64,000 nt of DNA from Puccinia triticina (Eukaryota): contig CP110440.1 in assembly GCA_026914245.1 (NCBI GenBank), positions 3,224,001-3,288,000 of the forward strand. The letters are read 5' to 3'. A program made the position numbers and the translations under genes. This document shows positions 1 through 13,084 of this stretch, piece after piece; position 1 is the stretch's first letter; every line of letters begins with the position of its first letter. The notes below the pieces were generated by a model. The model did not search any database and was not told the origin of the DNA. It saw only the letters and a list, made by a program, of their open reading frames with translations.

Positions 1-140
1 AAAATGGCGGGCTCCCAGATGTCTGGGAAGGCGCCTTTTAGATGCCCTTCTCCCTAACTTAACACAAGTCCCCCCTGGTGGGAGGCTCGCTGTGGCAGGC
101 CGCGAAGCGGCCCCTCCCGCAGGGAGGGACTTGCGCGTAA
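1..140. mobile_element. Structured terminus of an unclassified element (continues off-window)
   Basis: GC hairpins GGCCGCGAAGCGGCC and CCCTCCCGCAGGGAGGG ending GCGCGTAA|TGTC; reverse complement resembles 710-790. Confidence 0.35.
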
Positions 141-709
141 TGTCAAAATTTTGGCTGGGAAAGAAATCACAAATGGCTGGAGGAAAAATATTAAGCCTCA
201 GCCAACCTCCTCCTCAGGTCCTGTGGACCTGCCCCAGAGCCAAAAGATACTTCTAGACCTCAGCTTTCATTTGGCACAGGTCTCATCTCCTCAATCCAAA
301 CCATTTGCACTGTACTAATGGTTTAAAAATAAAAAAACATGAAGAAATGTAAACTAAGGATGCGCAACCATCATGCCTGGTGGATCCTGGATCCGCAAAC
401 CCGCAGATCCTACACATGTAGTGTTGCATTTTGTTGCATACAGGAAACTCAATTGTGCATATTATCAGAAAATCCAAAAATGGATCTTCAGAGCAATGTA
501 ATATCCTTCAGGGTTCCTTTGACCTTCAAAACGGATTCCTTTCATCAGTTTTGGAGATTTTTGCTCAAAGTTTTGGGTGAGGGTGCGCATCAGCACTGCC
601 AATGAAACTGTCTATTCCGTTTTTTTTGTACATATTTTGCTGATTTTTAAATAATTATTTAGTGGTTTTGGGGTTGAATATCCTTCCTTTCCCTGCCAGA
701 CTTCAGACA

Positions 710-1200
710 TTAGGCGTAAGCCTCTCCTGCGGAGAGCCCTCCGGGCGGGGTCCCCCGGACCCTCCGTTCAAGAGGCTTAGTTAAGCTAGCCCTTCTCCCA
801 ATTTGCGGGCGGCTTACATAGTAGTTGAGCCGCTCGAGCTGCACGGAGTGCGCCTGCAAAACCCTGGTTGCCCCTCCAGACTCCATTCCTGCGCCCCCAG
901 CCCCTTCCCCACTGGACACCTGGCACTCCAAATCTGTTATATAAAGCACTGCATGAGCTATCCGCTCGGACAAGGTTGTCGGACAGACTTTTTCCGATGA
1001 GCTTGGCAGAGGCCAAGCAAGTTGCCGCACTCATTGGACAAAATAAGTCGGACAACTGCTCGCACCAGGCTGTCCAAGCAGTTGTCGGACGGAGTTTGTC
1101 CGGCAAGTTCCGCTATTTTTGAGGTCTGGATTGCGGAACTTGTCGGACAGAGTCTGTCCAACGCCTCCCCTTGGCTTTGAAGTTTGGACAGCCCTTTGTG
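710..1200. mobile_element. Related element end with internal (TT)GTCGGACA motif repeats
   Basis: GACA|TTAGGCGTAAGCCTCTCCTGCGGAGAG...TTAGTTAAGCTAG parallels the revcomp of 1-140; many TGTCGGACA/TGTCCG motifs at 960-1190. Confidence 0.35.
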
Positions 1201-1544
1201 TCGAGTCTCAATCTTGGCAATCACTCTGCTCTTCTAATCTCATCAATTTTTTCCACACATCCAAGGCTGTGTAAATGATCAGGCCAAAAAATGATGTTTT
1301 GCATAATGTAACACAACATGTGGTAACTATTTATTATGCAACAATCATGCTGCCAAACACTTAAATAATCTGATCCCTAACCAGCCTGATTTCTCCCACT
1401 TCACTTGGGATGTTTAGAAACTCAATTATAATGCATCTGGAGTTTATTTGATATGATTGAGGATCTTTGCTAGCTTAACACAATTTCCTCCTTTGGAGGT
1501 TTGCTTTGCATTGCAAGGGGTGTCAGCGCCAGCCATTGGCCATT

Positions 1545-1745
1545 AGAGGGGTTTAAAATTGAATTTTATAAAACTTTGGAGGTCAATTTAAGGCCTTTAT
1601 GAACATAATTTTAAAAATTTGGTAAGATGTCCAGAAAAAGGTGTGACTGGTCAATCAGTGCAATTTATTAACTTTCTAAAAATATGTTCATAAACGGGTT
1701 AAAATGGGTCCTAAAGCTTAACAAATTTTAATTGTGAACCCCCCT
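1545..1745. mobile_element. 201-bp MITE, PIF/Harbinger-type (copy 1)
   Basis: Degenerate TIR AGAGGGGTTTAAAATTG...AATTGTGAACCCCCCT, 3-bp TSD ATT; second copy at 8693-8893. Confidence 0.85.
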
Positions 1746-1776
1746 ATTGCAAGGGGTGTCTGCGCCAGCCATTGAC

Positions 1777-2752
1777 TGTCAGCTAGCTACTGGTATCAGA
1801 GCTAACTGATCAAATAGAAAAACAAATAAATACTAAAAATCTAAGTATAAAATAAAAAGAAAAACTCCATCTAAGTAGCGAGCGGATGCGCAATAAAGCA
1901 GTCAGTATTCTTTTCAATAACCAAACGCGCCCACGCAGTAAGTTTACTGCGTAACTAAGAACAGAAAAGTACACTGCGCAACTAAGCGCTAAGAACAACA
2001 GACATACATAAAAAATAGACTGAGCCCGTCAACAAGAGAAGAGCTCTTCCTCCGAAAAGAAATTACATATAAAGAGAGCGCTCATCTTCATGATAGAAAG
2101 AGACTAAGATTCTCCTTGTCAAAAGAAGATGAGCCCTAGACGAGAGAAAAAGAATAAAGAAATGCCCTATAAATAAAGCGGGTGTTTCCCGAGTAATAGA
2201 GACTCATCTTCACCCACACCGACATCGTACATAGCACCTTCCCCTCGAATACTTGTTCGACAAGAAAGTTTACTCTGTTCAGTTGTTTTCCGTTTGAAGT
2301 TCGAATACTTCTCTAGCGCCAAAATACGAAGCGCTGAATAAACCATCTTGGTTCTCCTCGAAGAAACCTAGTCTAGATTCCTGGTAAGTAAAGGTTTAAC
2401 GCAACCAACTAGTGAGTCTCTTCAGTTTCTTCCTCTCAGAAATCCTTCTTCTGGAGGTTTCTCACTGGGGCATCTCAGCGAAACAAACCTGATCATCAGG
2501 CCCCCGCTGCATCAGGCACTTCAAATACCCCTGCTTAGCAGGCCCTGATAAATTACGGAGGGCACTTAAATACCCTTAACTCCTAGAGTTAAGCCCCTCC
2601 GCTAAAAATATAAAAATATTTCTATAGTCCTCTTTATTTCAACGGTATTCTTTACCAGAAACCGCTCTATTACTTCTTTTACCATTACCCACCGGTATTT
2701 TTGCAGCTGGTGTAGCTAGAAGACTTTAGTCTTGGTATCACCATCGCTGACA
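1777..2752. mobile_element. Solo LTR (976 bp)
   Basis: TGTCAG...CTGACA ends, 5-bp TSD TTGAC; ends similar to the solo LTR at 23764-24867 in opposite orientation. Confidence 0.9.
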
Positions 2753-3003
2753 TTGACCTTCCAAGGCTCCAACTAGCCGGTGGCTGCTAATTTTTTGTGT
2801 CTTGGCGACTGTTCTAGGCCCACTTGCACTGGTTAAGCAATCACCTTGAGGCCTTTCTATGTTGAATCCATATACACAATCTCATGATCTGAACAAGTAT
2901 CTACTACATGTTAAGAAAACCCTTTCATGCATACACTTCTCATATATGGTATTCAAAATTGCATAAGATTTTTTTACACCCGGGGAGTCCTTCCACAAGG
3001 ATA

Positions 3004-3373
3004 ACCCGTGGAATCCACAAGGAGTCCACGTGGGACCCCTGCGCAAGGTTGCACCAGCGGCTGTTGGTCCACACGTTCACAGGGTCTCCACCAACTGGGC
3101 ACGGCGAGGAATCCACGTGGGCTTTTGGCTCTCTGTGGATTCCCCGGGGATTTCTCGTGGCACCGACGGGATGGTTGGGTCCACGCCGGCCCCACCACAC
3201 CACCAACGGCAATTCCACCAAGGAAAACCCGTGATCACAACGGGTTGGTCAAGCCCACAATGCAGTGAGACCTCAAGCAGTGGTCTCCACGTGGCTGACC
3301 GTTCCGTCGCATTCACCTTTGGGAGGTGCGGTGGCTTGGTTAGCCTTGCGCAGAGCGGATCAAATCCACGGGT
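3004..3373. mobile_element. GC-rich MITE-like element
   Basis: TA|ACCCGTGGA...TCCACGGGT|TA; internal CCACGTGG/GGAATCCAC motifs; similar motifs at about 33880-34170. Confidence 0.6.
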
Positions 3374-3692
3374 TATATCTGCAGCAGAATGTGGTACCGC
3401 CTGGGTACCATGCACTGCATTGCATGGGGGACATGGAGGAGAACTGGGACGAGGAATGATAAGAAAACAAACAACATAAAAAGGAAAAAAATAAGGCCCC
3501 GTTTGGACACCCGGTGTGATATGATAAATTGCATCATAATATACATACCACCCAATGTGCAATCCAACTGTAATAAAGCCAATCAAGAAATGATTAGATT
3601 TATAACATGGCTGTTTGGCGCATCCACTCCAGAATAATGTTGGAGTCCATTTATAACAGGCTGTTTGGAGAGCAGACAGTATCATACATGTA

Positions 3693-4924
3693 CACACACC
3701 TAGTACACATCTTGATGACCTGTTCAACTGGTTATCTGGAGGAGTAACACCCTCTCAATGACCGGTCATATGGTCATCAAAAAGGACTTCACCTCTCAAT
3801 GACCGGTCAACCGGTCATCAAAGAGGACCTAACCTCTGGATGAACGGTTTGGCCGGCCATCCAGAGGAGTTCACCTCTCGATGAATGGTTGATTGGTCAT
3901 CAAGAGGTCAAGTCCTCTTTGATGAACGGTCCATCAAGAGCGTTCAGCTCTGACCGGCCATCCAGAGGAATTCAGCTCTTGATGACCGGTTGATTGGTCA
4001 TCAAGAGCTGAACTCCTCTTTGATGAACGGTCCATCAGGAACGTCTCTTGGTCCATCAAGAACGTTCACCTCTCTCAATGTCCGGTTGATTGGACATCAA
4101 GAGATGAACTCCTCTCGATGACCAGTCAAACGGACATTGAGAGAGGTGAACTACTCTCAATGACCGGTCAACCGGACATCGAGAGAGCTGAACTCCTCTT
4201 GATGACCGGTCAACCGGACATTGAGAGAGCTGAACTCCTCTCAATGACTGGTTGACCGGACATCAAGAGAGCTGAACTCCTCTCAATCATCCGGTCATCG
4301 AGAGGAGCCCACCTCTCAATGTCCGATCACCCGGTCATCAAGAGCTGAACTCCTCTGGATGGCCGGTCAAACCGGTCATCTAGAGGAGTTCAGCTCCTGA
4401 TGATTGGTTGAACCGGTCGTCCAGAGGGCTTCAGCTCCTGATGACCGGTTGACCGTTCATCAAGAGCTGAACTCCTCTTGATGACCGGTCAACTGGTCAT
4501 GAGGACACAACCTCTCGATGACCTGTTGACTGGTCATCGAGAGGTAAAGCGGTTGACTGGCCATCAAAGAGGACACACCCTCTTGATGACCGTTCAACCA
4601 GACTCCCGAGGTTATGTCCTCTTTGATGACTGGTTGACCAATCATCAAGAGGGTCTGTCCTCTTCAATGACCAGTTGGCCGGTCATCAAGAGGGTGTGTC
4701 CTCTTCAATGACCGGTTGAACCGGTGATCATTGAGAGGTGAAGTCCTCTGGATGGCCGGTCAGAACGGTCATCCAGAGGTTGTGTCTGGATGGCCGGTCC
4801 AACCGGTCATCCAGAGGTTGTGTCCTCTTCGATGATTGGTTGACCAGTCATCAAGAGGTTGTGTCCTTCTTGATGACCAGATGATCGGTCATCGAGAGGT
4901 GCAGCTTGATGACTGGGGGGTGAG
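3693..4924. mobile_element. Non-autonomous TIR element filled with a ~40-42-bp palindromic tandem array
   Basis: Degenerate TIR TA|CACACACCTAGT...ACTGGGGGTGAG|TA; unit about CTCTCGATGACCGGTcaACCGGTCATCGAGAG-GAGCTGAACTC repeated over 3715-4915. Confidence 0.7.
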
Positions 4925-5108
4925 TACATATGTAGTCACCGATATATCACCCGGAAATAGAGGTCCTGACCTCTATTTCCAAAATGGCGGGGGTGATATT
5001 TTTTCGGTGATGTGGGGTAATGCATTTTACACTATCATTGGCAGCCCCAAACACCAAATAAACAGGTGTGATACCCCGGGCGCCCCCCGTTGTAAATTTC
5101 CCGATTTA

Positions 5109-7143
5109 TCATATTACATCGCGCGGCCAAACGGGGCCTAAAACATGAAAACATGAGAGAGACAAAGGTGATGATGAATAATTAGAAGCCGTCTGCGGCA
5201 CCATCTTCATCTTCATCACCCGGGGCCTCCTGGGCTCTGCCACGCAGCATTGCCTGCACTTCTTTGTCAGAAGGGAGGGCAACTGAGATGCTGGCAATCT
5301 CACGCGCCGTCTTTGTGCCATCAAAAATATGTTGGTCGTAGTCCAAGATGAGACGGCCGTACCTGATAGGTAATCACACATCAGAACATGTTTGTCCAAT
5401 AAAAATACTGAGGAATAAGAATAACTTACGCCACTTTGTAGTCTTGTGACTTGTGTTGCATGGTCTCCAGGTGTCAATCGATCAGCTCCCAAGGGGATCA
5501 AACCAAGGTAGTTGTTCGATCCTGTTGACGCTGCATGTACATATGCAACCAAAGGTACGCCATGCGTACCACCAAGCTGATGTGGATTGATTCGGCCACA
5601 TCGGCTTGCGTCATGAGTGCATGTCGAGGGGAAAATTCTTGCAAAACCTGATTTCTCCGCAACAAAGATTCCATCAGCCTCGGTCTTTTGGCTTTAGATT
5701 AGAGTGATAAGATGAGACTTACTGTGACAACCACATCAGTGATTTGTGGGATAGGCACAGCATTTGCCCGGGCCCCTGGCCTCGCACCGGCCATAATTTA
5801 AGAAAGGTCATTGTGATCAGCAAGTCAGTTTAAGGGATGCAGACCATGTGGAATGGTGACTGACCATCTTTGCAAGCGCGCTCTTCTCGTATTTCAGTAA
5901 ATCTTGGATGAGGAGGGAGACACTATTGACGGCGTGGTCTTCATGATCAACATAACCCTCCGGGAGGTAGGTAGTCTTCCACTCGTGGTCCATTGCATCC
6001 ACCTCGCCCTGCAGTCCCAGCTATCCAGTCAGCCAGCTGACAGGTGGAAAGGATGTGGATTCAAGTCAACTCACCTTCACTAATACCAGGTGGGTTTGAG
6101 GAATGAGGGCGCAGGTATCCACGGTATGAGTTCGACCATATGACTGCAGGGCTGGCATGAGGAGCTTTTGGCGACTTTTTGCGCAAACAAAGGCCTAATT
6201 AAGTCATTCATACATATGGGTTAGTCCTGTATATCCTAATCTTGGGTGGGTTGACGTACTTGGACATTGCAATGGTAAAGAAACCCCCTACTGGGATTGA
6301 CATCAACAGTGGGGATATGGACGGGGGCTGGGACATGTTTGGGCCCACGCTGGGTACCAGATGGTTCGACTCAAGCTTGGATCTATTCGAGGTACATGAG
6401 CGTAGCCAGCACACTGTCACAATCAGCCTCTGACAGCTGGGCTGGGGGAGATGTGTCAGATCAAGCAAGATGAACAGAGGATGAGGACATACTTACGGCT
6501 GCAACTTGTCGGAACCGCTTGATCTGACTGACATCTAGGCCCAGTTCATCTGCCAGTTGTTCAACTGACATGGCTTCCTGTTGGAGGGGAGTTTCATCTG
6601 GTGTCGGCTCACTGCAGTGATTTTCAGGTCCGTCTGGAACATCACCCGCGTTATCGGGCCCAGGGTTGCTATCTTCATTATTGCTACGCAGCATAGGGAT
6701 GATAGGGGTAAGCTCTTTGTCTTTAGCTGCACCATCCAGGTCAGGATGGATTGCAGCCAATGCCCCTTGAGTTGGGCTCCTGGCTGTGTAAGGAGCCGCA
6801 GCCAGTCGGGCCGGGCTGATAGTAGCTCGCATGGGGCTGGTGACTCCTGCTGATTTGTTCAATCAGTCAGGGGAATACATAATAAATATGTGTTCAATGC
6901 AGACTGACCTGTAACTACCGGTATTGTGCGTGCACGTAATCAAGGAGTAAAACGGCCTGTACGCAATGACGAGTTGGACATGATATCACAAATGAAGGGG
7001 TGTCAGGTCTGTATTGACGGACTGTCACTGGGTGGGGAGATCGAGCTTACCTGCCACAGATTTGTTCCTTTTATGGTGAGCGGCGAGTCTTGTCGGAGGT
7101 GGGGTTGCTTGGTGGAATCAGTTTGGCTGAGATGGTTGGAGTG
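5109..7143 (-). pseudogene. Multi-exon hypothetical gene, probably the accessory ORF of the adjacent CMC/EnSpm-like element
   Basis: Chain of minus-strand ORF pieces (6461-6862, 5817-6002, 5109-5552) with minus-strand splice donors (CTTAC/CTCAC on +); divergent from the transposase at 7815; exons not fully resolved. Confidence 0.45.
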
Positions 7144-8692
7144 ATCCCCGCTGGTCGGAGCAAGCAATCCACAATCACATGTGACATTTGAAATTCTACT
7201 GGTGATCTCGACATGATATCAACTCCCGTGATTTCAACAGATCACTCTCTCACTCACCCCATTTTTCCCTCGCCGGGCTCTGATCTTCTTATTGCACCTG
7301 ACCGCAGAACATCTTTTTAGATTTAAAGCATCACAATTTGAGCCGTGTTATCTCTGACTTAGTTCAAGTCAGATCTGTTGTCTTGATATAAGCTACATGC
7401 CATGCAAAACTGCCAAGGAAATTTCAACTGAAGTCCAAAAACATCCCCCTAAACATTTATTTCACAGTCCATAGAGTTAAAAGCAAAAAAAAAAATATAT
7501 AACTTTCTAATAAGTCAGTAAGATTTAACACCTCTGATTTCTCTCTATTACTGCATATTTATTTTATCCAAATAAAATCCCATACACACAGACACAAAAA
7601 ATTGAGATAATAGACAGCCAAAAAATATTTATATTGCTAACAACTTACTCATTCCATCATTTAAATCAAGGTCTGTTCATTTCTATTTGGATTATTTTTA
7701 TTTCCTATCTGTGCCAAAAGCATCTGGAAAACCAGACATAAATCAGGATTTGTATTTCATAAAGAAATATCCAAATGGAGGAAATAGCAGGTATGGGCTT
7801 ATTGGCTTGTTGTTATGAGGATTGGCTCTGATTCTTTGATTTGTCTCTATGGACCAGCAGGATTCACAAGGTTTGTAGATTCTCATGGGGAGGCAAGTTA
7901 CCAATGTCATTACTGTCATGGCCGTAGAATTAAATCTGTCACACAGCACTTGAACTCAGCTGCACACCTGAATGCTGTCAGTCAGAATGTTCTTTTGAGC
8001 CAATTACATCTCAGGGAGCTGACAAAAGCAAACACAAGTCCTGTGGCACAGCGGGGGCCTTCAGATATGGATTTGGACCATACCTGGCCAGCTCAAGATT
8101 CTGTTGATGCTGAACTCCACTTCCCCCAGGTGATCCAGCCTGAGTATGTCATCAGAGATGATGATGATGTAGGATTTGGCTCAGATTCATCTGGGGGGAA
8201 TGAGGCCCCATCAGAGTATTCTGATGAATTTCTCTCTTGGGATATGTTTGGAGAATCAATAATTGAACAACGTGAAGAGGCCATAAATCTTGCAAAAGCA
8301 CAAGACACACGTCAAGCAGGTGGTGCACCAAAGGTCAATTGGGATCCATTCAACAGTGAGGAAGTAAGACCTACTACTTGAGATTGTGTTTCTATCATTT
8401 GACTCATGATATTTCTGCATCTTACTTTCCAGGATTTGATAGCATGCCTCATTATGGGATATTTGCACACTCTTATGTCACGTGTAACATACCTCCAACT
8501 TAGGATTATCCTAAAAATGAAGAAATTAGCTCTGCCATATTGGGATGCTGTACGTAATTCAAGAGTAAGAATAAGAAAGCTCCTGAACTTTGTCAATAAG
8601 GAACTCATCAGTGTGTGGGATAATAAGATATTCCACATTAGTGTCAAAGGAATCTTGTCTAATGTAGTTAATTCTTTGACTGTAGAAGCAAT

Positions 8693-8893
8693 AGGGGGGT
8701 TCACAATTGAATTTTATAAAACTTTGGAGGCCAATTTAAGGCGTTTATGAACCTAATTTTCCAATTTTGGCAAGATGTCCAGAAAAAGGTGTGACTGATC
8801 AATCAGTGCAATTTATCAACTTTTTAAAAATATGTTCATAAACAGGTTAAAATGGGTCCTAAAGTTTTACAAATTTCAATTGTGAACCCCCCT
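8693..8893. mobile_element. 201-bp MITE (copy 2), in an intron of the transposase
   Basis: TIR AGGGGGGTTCACAATTGAA...TTCAATTGTGAACCCCCCT, TSD AAT. Confidence 0.9.
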
Positions 8894-10080
8894 AATGAGT
8901 ATTGAGCTGATTTCATTTTCTTCCTTTTCATAGGAATTGCTTAATCCATATGTGAATGGGCATCTTGAATTTTATCCCCATGACCCATGTGGCGATCCAA
9001 TTGACAGCATTTGTCAAAGCTTCAAATGGAGAGAAGATCTACCACGTGACATCCAGGTGCAAATGGTGAAAATTGAATCAAAGCATTTTTACATATATGA
9101 ACCCACACAGCTGAAATCAGGTGAAGTGGTGATTCCCACCTTTTTTTACAAGGCCAAGGGGAAGTTGTATGCAAAATGCTATTCACCAGAATTTATGCCA
9201 CATGAAACTGGAGATGCATTTGATATCATTATACCGGCGGATATTAAATTCACTGAAACCCACCACCAGCGGGTTGTTGATATCAATAATTTTGACAAGG
9301 TTTATTCAGAAATCTCAGAAATTCCCATGGGAGATGGCACATACATTACAATCAAAATTGGTGATAATCTTTATGGTGAGTGCATCATTCATTATAGGGT
9401 CAGCCTAAATGCACTCCATAAATTTACTTCATGCACTCCAAAAGTGAGTTGATGGAGCATGCACTCCAAGAAAGTTGGAGTGTGGGCCCCAGCAAGCCAA
9501 AAAAATTGGAGTAAGCCACCATGCACTCCATTTGCTACCAAATTTAATGAGTGTCCCAATAGTTCACTCCATACAATTGGAGTGCATGGACCCAGTACTC
9601 CCTTCCTGATATTTTTCTCCCTGAAAAAGGAGTGCCCCCTGCACACTCCAGCATCAAGTGGAGTACTCAATGAACAACCATCCATTGGAGCACACCCCTC
9701 CGCTTGACCAGTCATCTTGTCATGTCCCCAGTCTATGGTTAGTCTCGGAGTGGGATGTGCACTCCTAGAGTGACCATACTGCTCAATGGCTGGCCATCAA
9801 CAGACACATTCCACTCGCTGGACGGTCATCGGGCAGAGCACACTTGATGACCGGTCATTGATCAGTGGGATGTGTACCCCAATGACCAGTCATTGAGCGC
9901 AGTACACACCTTGTTTGCTGACCGGCCATTGAGTGTGATGTTCACACTCGATGGCCGTTCATTGAGCAAGATGTGTATTCCGCTTGATTGCCGGTCATTG
10001 AGCCAAGAACACACCTCGCTTGATGATCGCCAATTGAGTGCACATCACACTTGCCGGTCATCAAGCGGGGTGTGCTCCGC

Positions 10081-11043
10081 TGTGGAACTACTCAAAGGGG
10101 AGAATAGAGCTTGGAAGGGAAATGGATAGCAACACTAGTACTAATGTAAGCTAAGCAAGGGTGCTGAAGAGGCTGCCTTCCTGACTAATGCTGAGGGGAT
10201 GAGAGTAACACTAAGAAAAAGAAGAAAAGGTGTGGCTGATTTTTGCTTGATCTTAGGAGCTAGTACTATGAGCTTAACTACTGACTACTGAGGGTAAGAG
10301 AGTTGGAGTAATGGTTGAAAGGGGGGGAAAGCAATGGGCAATGGTTCAATGGCAATGGGTTGATGAGAATGGGCACTTATAATTTCTGTATCTAAAATTA
10401 TATATAAATTCTGCATGAGGTACAAGTGAGGGGGGAAAGACAGTTCTTATATGAAGGAAGGATGAGCACAGACAATGAGGAGTTCTGGCTATGAGAATGA
10501 AGGTTGTACAAATGAGGAAAAGTGATGTGAACATAGTAACAGTATGTAATGATGAGCAATGCTGAAAGGGGAATGCTGGTTATGGGAATAAAAGAATGTA
10601 CTAATGGGGAAGAGTGATGAGAACATAGTAACTACTTGTAATGATGAGCACTACTGAAAGAGGTAAGCACAGATCCAATGATGTAAGGTGTACAATAGGC
10701 ATAGTACATAATAAGAAATGTATGTAAAGAGTTTAGTATGTGAGAATAAATATGTAAAAGGAATTTACTGTAATGATTCAAGTAGGTTACTAATGAAATG
10801 AGTATTGTAACTAATGAAGAATGTTGGTTGTCTGTAAGTCTTATATCCTTTATAACTACTGAACCATTGAAGATAAGGGGGTACTATGTATGAGTGACTA
10901 TAGGTGAAATTTGGCGTAGAATCTGAATATGCAATAATAATGAGGTATTTGTGAAGGGTTATGGGGAAATGGGCAATGTAATGATGAATATATGTAAAGA
11001 AAAGCAATAAAATACTACTTATGGTTTGGAATGGAGCACCACA
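10081..11043 (-). repeat. 3' LTR of Gypsy
   Basis: Direct repeat of 19822-20784. Confidence 0.97.
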
Positions 11044-11119
11044 TCCTCCCCCAACTTATTTTCTGTCCCCAGGCAATGTACCAAAGATAAGAGTGATCCA
11101 GAAAGAGTTGAAGAATGTT

Positions 11120-11370
11120 GAGTCCAAGAGTCCAAAGTCCAAAGTCCAGTGTTATTCCTCCAAAGGGTGAAATCCAAAGTCCTGAGTAGCAGTCCAAATC
11201 CAGAGTCCAGTGTCCAAAGCCAAATAGAATCCAAGTATAATCCAAGTCCAGTATATCTGAGTCCAAGGTATCCAAGTCCAATCCAAAGTCCAATAGTCCT
11301 ATGTATCCAGAGTATCCATAGTCCAGTATCCAATCCAAAGAGTCCAGTATCCAAAAGAAGGTCCAATTAT
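11120..11370. repeat. AGTCCA/ATCCA short-motif array just inside the PPT
   Basis: Dense (A)GTCCA(A) repeats. Confidence 0.8.
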
Positions 11371-11666
11371 CAATGAGGGGTGAATGTTTAAGAAGATCTA
11401 ACTCTGCTGGAGGCAATATCCTTGAGACAGACACATATTAGACTAATTTCCACTCTGAAGAATACAAAAATTTTCCAGCCTAACTGAGGCTAAGGAAGAG
11501 CAATGCAATGATGATGATGATTGATGGGATTGATAATTGTAGTTTCTGAAGGTTTGTGAATGATTTGAGCTTGAATAACTGAGTTTCTGAGTGTCTGAAT
11601 ATATAATGTAGAGTCCTTTGAAGAGAATTTGAAGTCCAGGGAGGTTGATAAGCTGTCCAAGGAATG

Positions 11667-11957
11667 TTATTGATCCAATTGGGTGGTTTCTGAAATTGTC
11701 CCAGCAGTAGCTAGAAGTTCAACTAAACTCTTAACAGACCTAGATAAATCAAAAGGGATGAATGAATTATCTAAAAGCCATACGCCAGTACTGCTAGTTT
11801 TCCTAATTAATCCTCTATGTGCATCATAAGTAATTAGCTGGCACCTCCTGATGGTGTGACCATTCTGAAAGCAATATAAACATCTATACTTCCTGTGTTG
11901 AGAGGGGGTTGGATAAGGCTGAATCCCAGGAATGGAATCCGTGGTGGAAGTAACCAT
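11667..11957 (-). CDS. 96-aa CCHC zinc-knuckle protein paralogous to the element's Gag NC region
   Basis: CLYCFQNGHTIRRC...LLDNSFIPFDLSRSVKSLVE versus Gag CYYCHQETHGTNSC...LPDKSVIPWIPSRPIRTPVE. Confidence 0.7.
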   Translation of the reverse strand: MVTSTTDSIPGIQPYPTPSQHRKYRCLYCFQNGHTIRRCQLITYDAHRGLIRKTSSTGVWLLDNSFIPFDLSRSVKSLVELLATAGTISETTQLDQ

Positions 11958-12049
11958 AATGGTGGAGAAGAAAGATTTCGAATATGAATGATTGATTGTG
12001 ATGATAATGATGATGATGCCGGAATTCCCCCCCAATGACTGGATGAATG

Positions 12050-13084
12050 CTCCCGGAAAGATGATCCATTATTTCTCTTCATTTTGTCCAGACGGGGAAT
12101 GGAACATGTGTCCCTGCGCGTGTAATGTCAAAAGAGGGGTCCTGTTATCTGAGCGGGGGCTCCATACGGAAAGCGCGCGTGCAGAACGCCAACAAAAAGG
12201 AAAGAAATGGTCGACCTGTATCTTCGGAACGGCTCGATGAAAATCCTCGAAACCCAGTCCATTCGAAAGAGCCGATTCTGCAGATTAAAATGGTATATAC
12301 TGATTATTTTTAAGGGTTGATTATCGGTTGTGTAGGGCCGATTAAAGATCCAAGCGAAATCCGCGGGCGCGCGTAGTAGTAACACCGCGTAAATGTAAGG
12401 TAATATGTTTTCGGGGATAACTTGGGTTTTCGTCGATGAAAAGTTCTGATTTAAGGCTCATTAGAAAGGCAAGAAGGAGGAGATGAATGGACAACCGAGC
12501 AATATTAAAGATTAATTCGGCCGATGGGCCGCCGTGGACGCTGAATGAAAGCCGTAAATGAGGCCGCGTAAATCCTAACAAAGCTTCGAGCACTTATAAT
12601 TCCAAAACCGCTCGATAGAATCGGCTAAAACCAAGTTCAAACAAAAGCCAAGATCGGAAAGATGAAACTAAAAAGGTGTAATATGTATTTTGAGGCCAGC
12701 CGAATCGTTATTGAAACGCTCCAAAGTTTCATTACGGTTTCCGCGGTTTCCACCGCAAAGAAGTTGAAATCCAAGGGATACATAACAAAATAAACCAAAG
12801 GTACCGCCGAGGGACTGCCCAAATGGACTCCTGCGTCTGAAGAGGGTGTTTAGATGAAATGATCGCGGTATTTACGCGCCAGGAGATATTGGAAAAGGGT
12901 AGATTAAACTGGGTCGAACACCAGAGTCAAAAAAATTAAGAAAATGAAAGAGAATCCGCGCCAAACAATTCTGAGCGGTGAAGGCGTCCAAAGTGACGTC
13001 ATAATATGAATAAGAAGCGGTATCTATAAGGCCCCAGGTCGTCGGCCAACGGAACAATCCCATTATTGCGCTACAATATCCGTA
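12050..13084. promoter_or_regulatory. CpG-rich putative bidirectional promoter inside Gypsy
   Basis: Abundant CG here versus almost none in gag, pol and LTRs; lies between two divergent ATGs (11957 minus, 13085 plus). Confidence 0.5.

Noticed and set aside
1510..1774. About 29-bp direct repeats around MITE copy 1 as a long TSD
   Set aside because: A 3-bp ATT TSD explains the insertion; the repeat is best read as a pre-existing tandem duplication.
2908..3727. Overlapping ORFs up to 216 aa
   Set aside because: They arise from a GC-rich palindromic MITE; no recognisable domain.
3715..4915. CRISPR-like array of palindromic repeats
   Set aside because: No unique spacers, units are degenerate tandem copies, no cas genes, eukaryotic context.
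11015..11434. W/L/D-rich ORFs as an env-like gene
   Set aside because: Artefact of the AGTCCA motif array; no env features.
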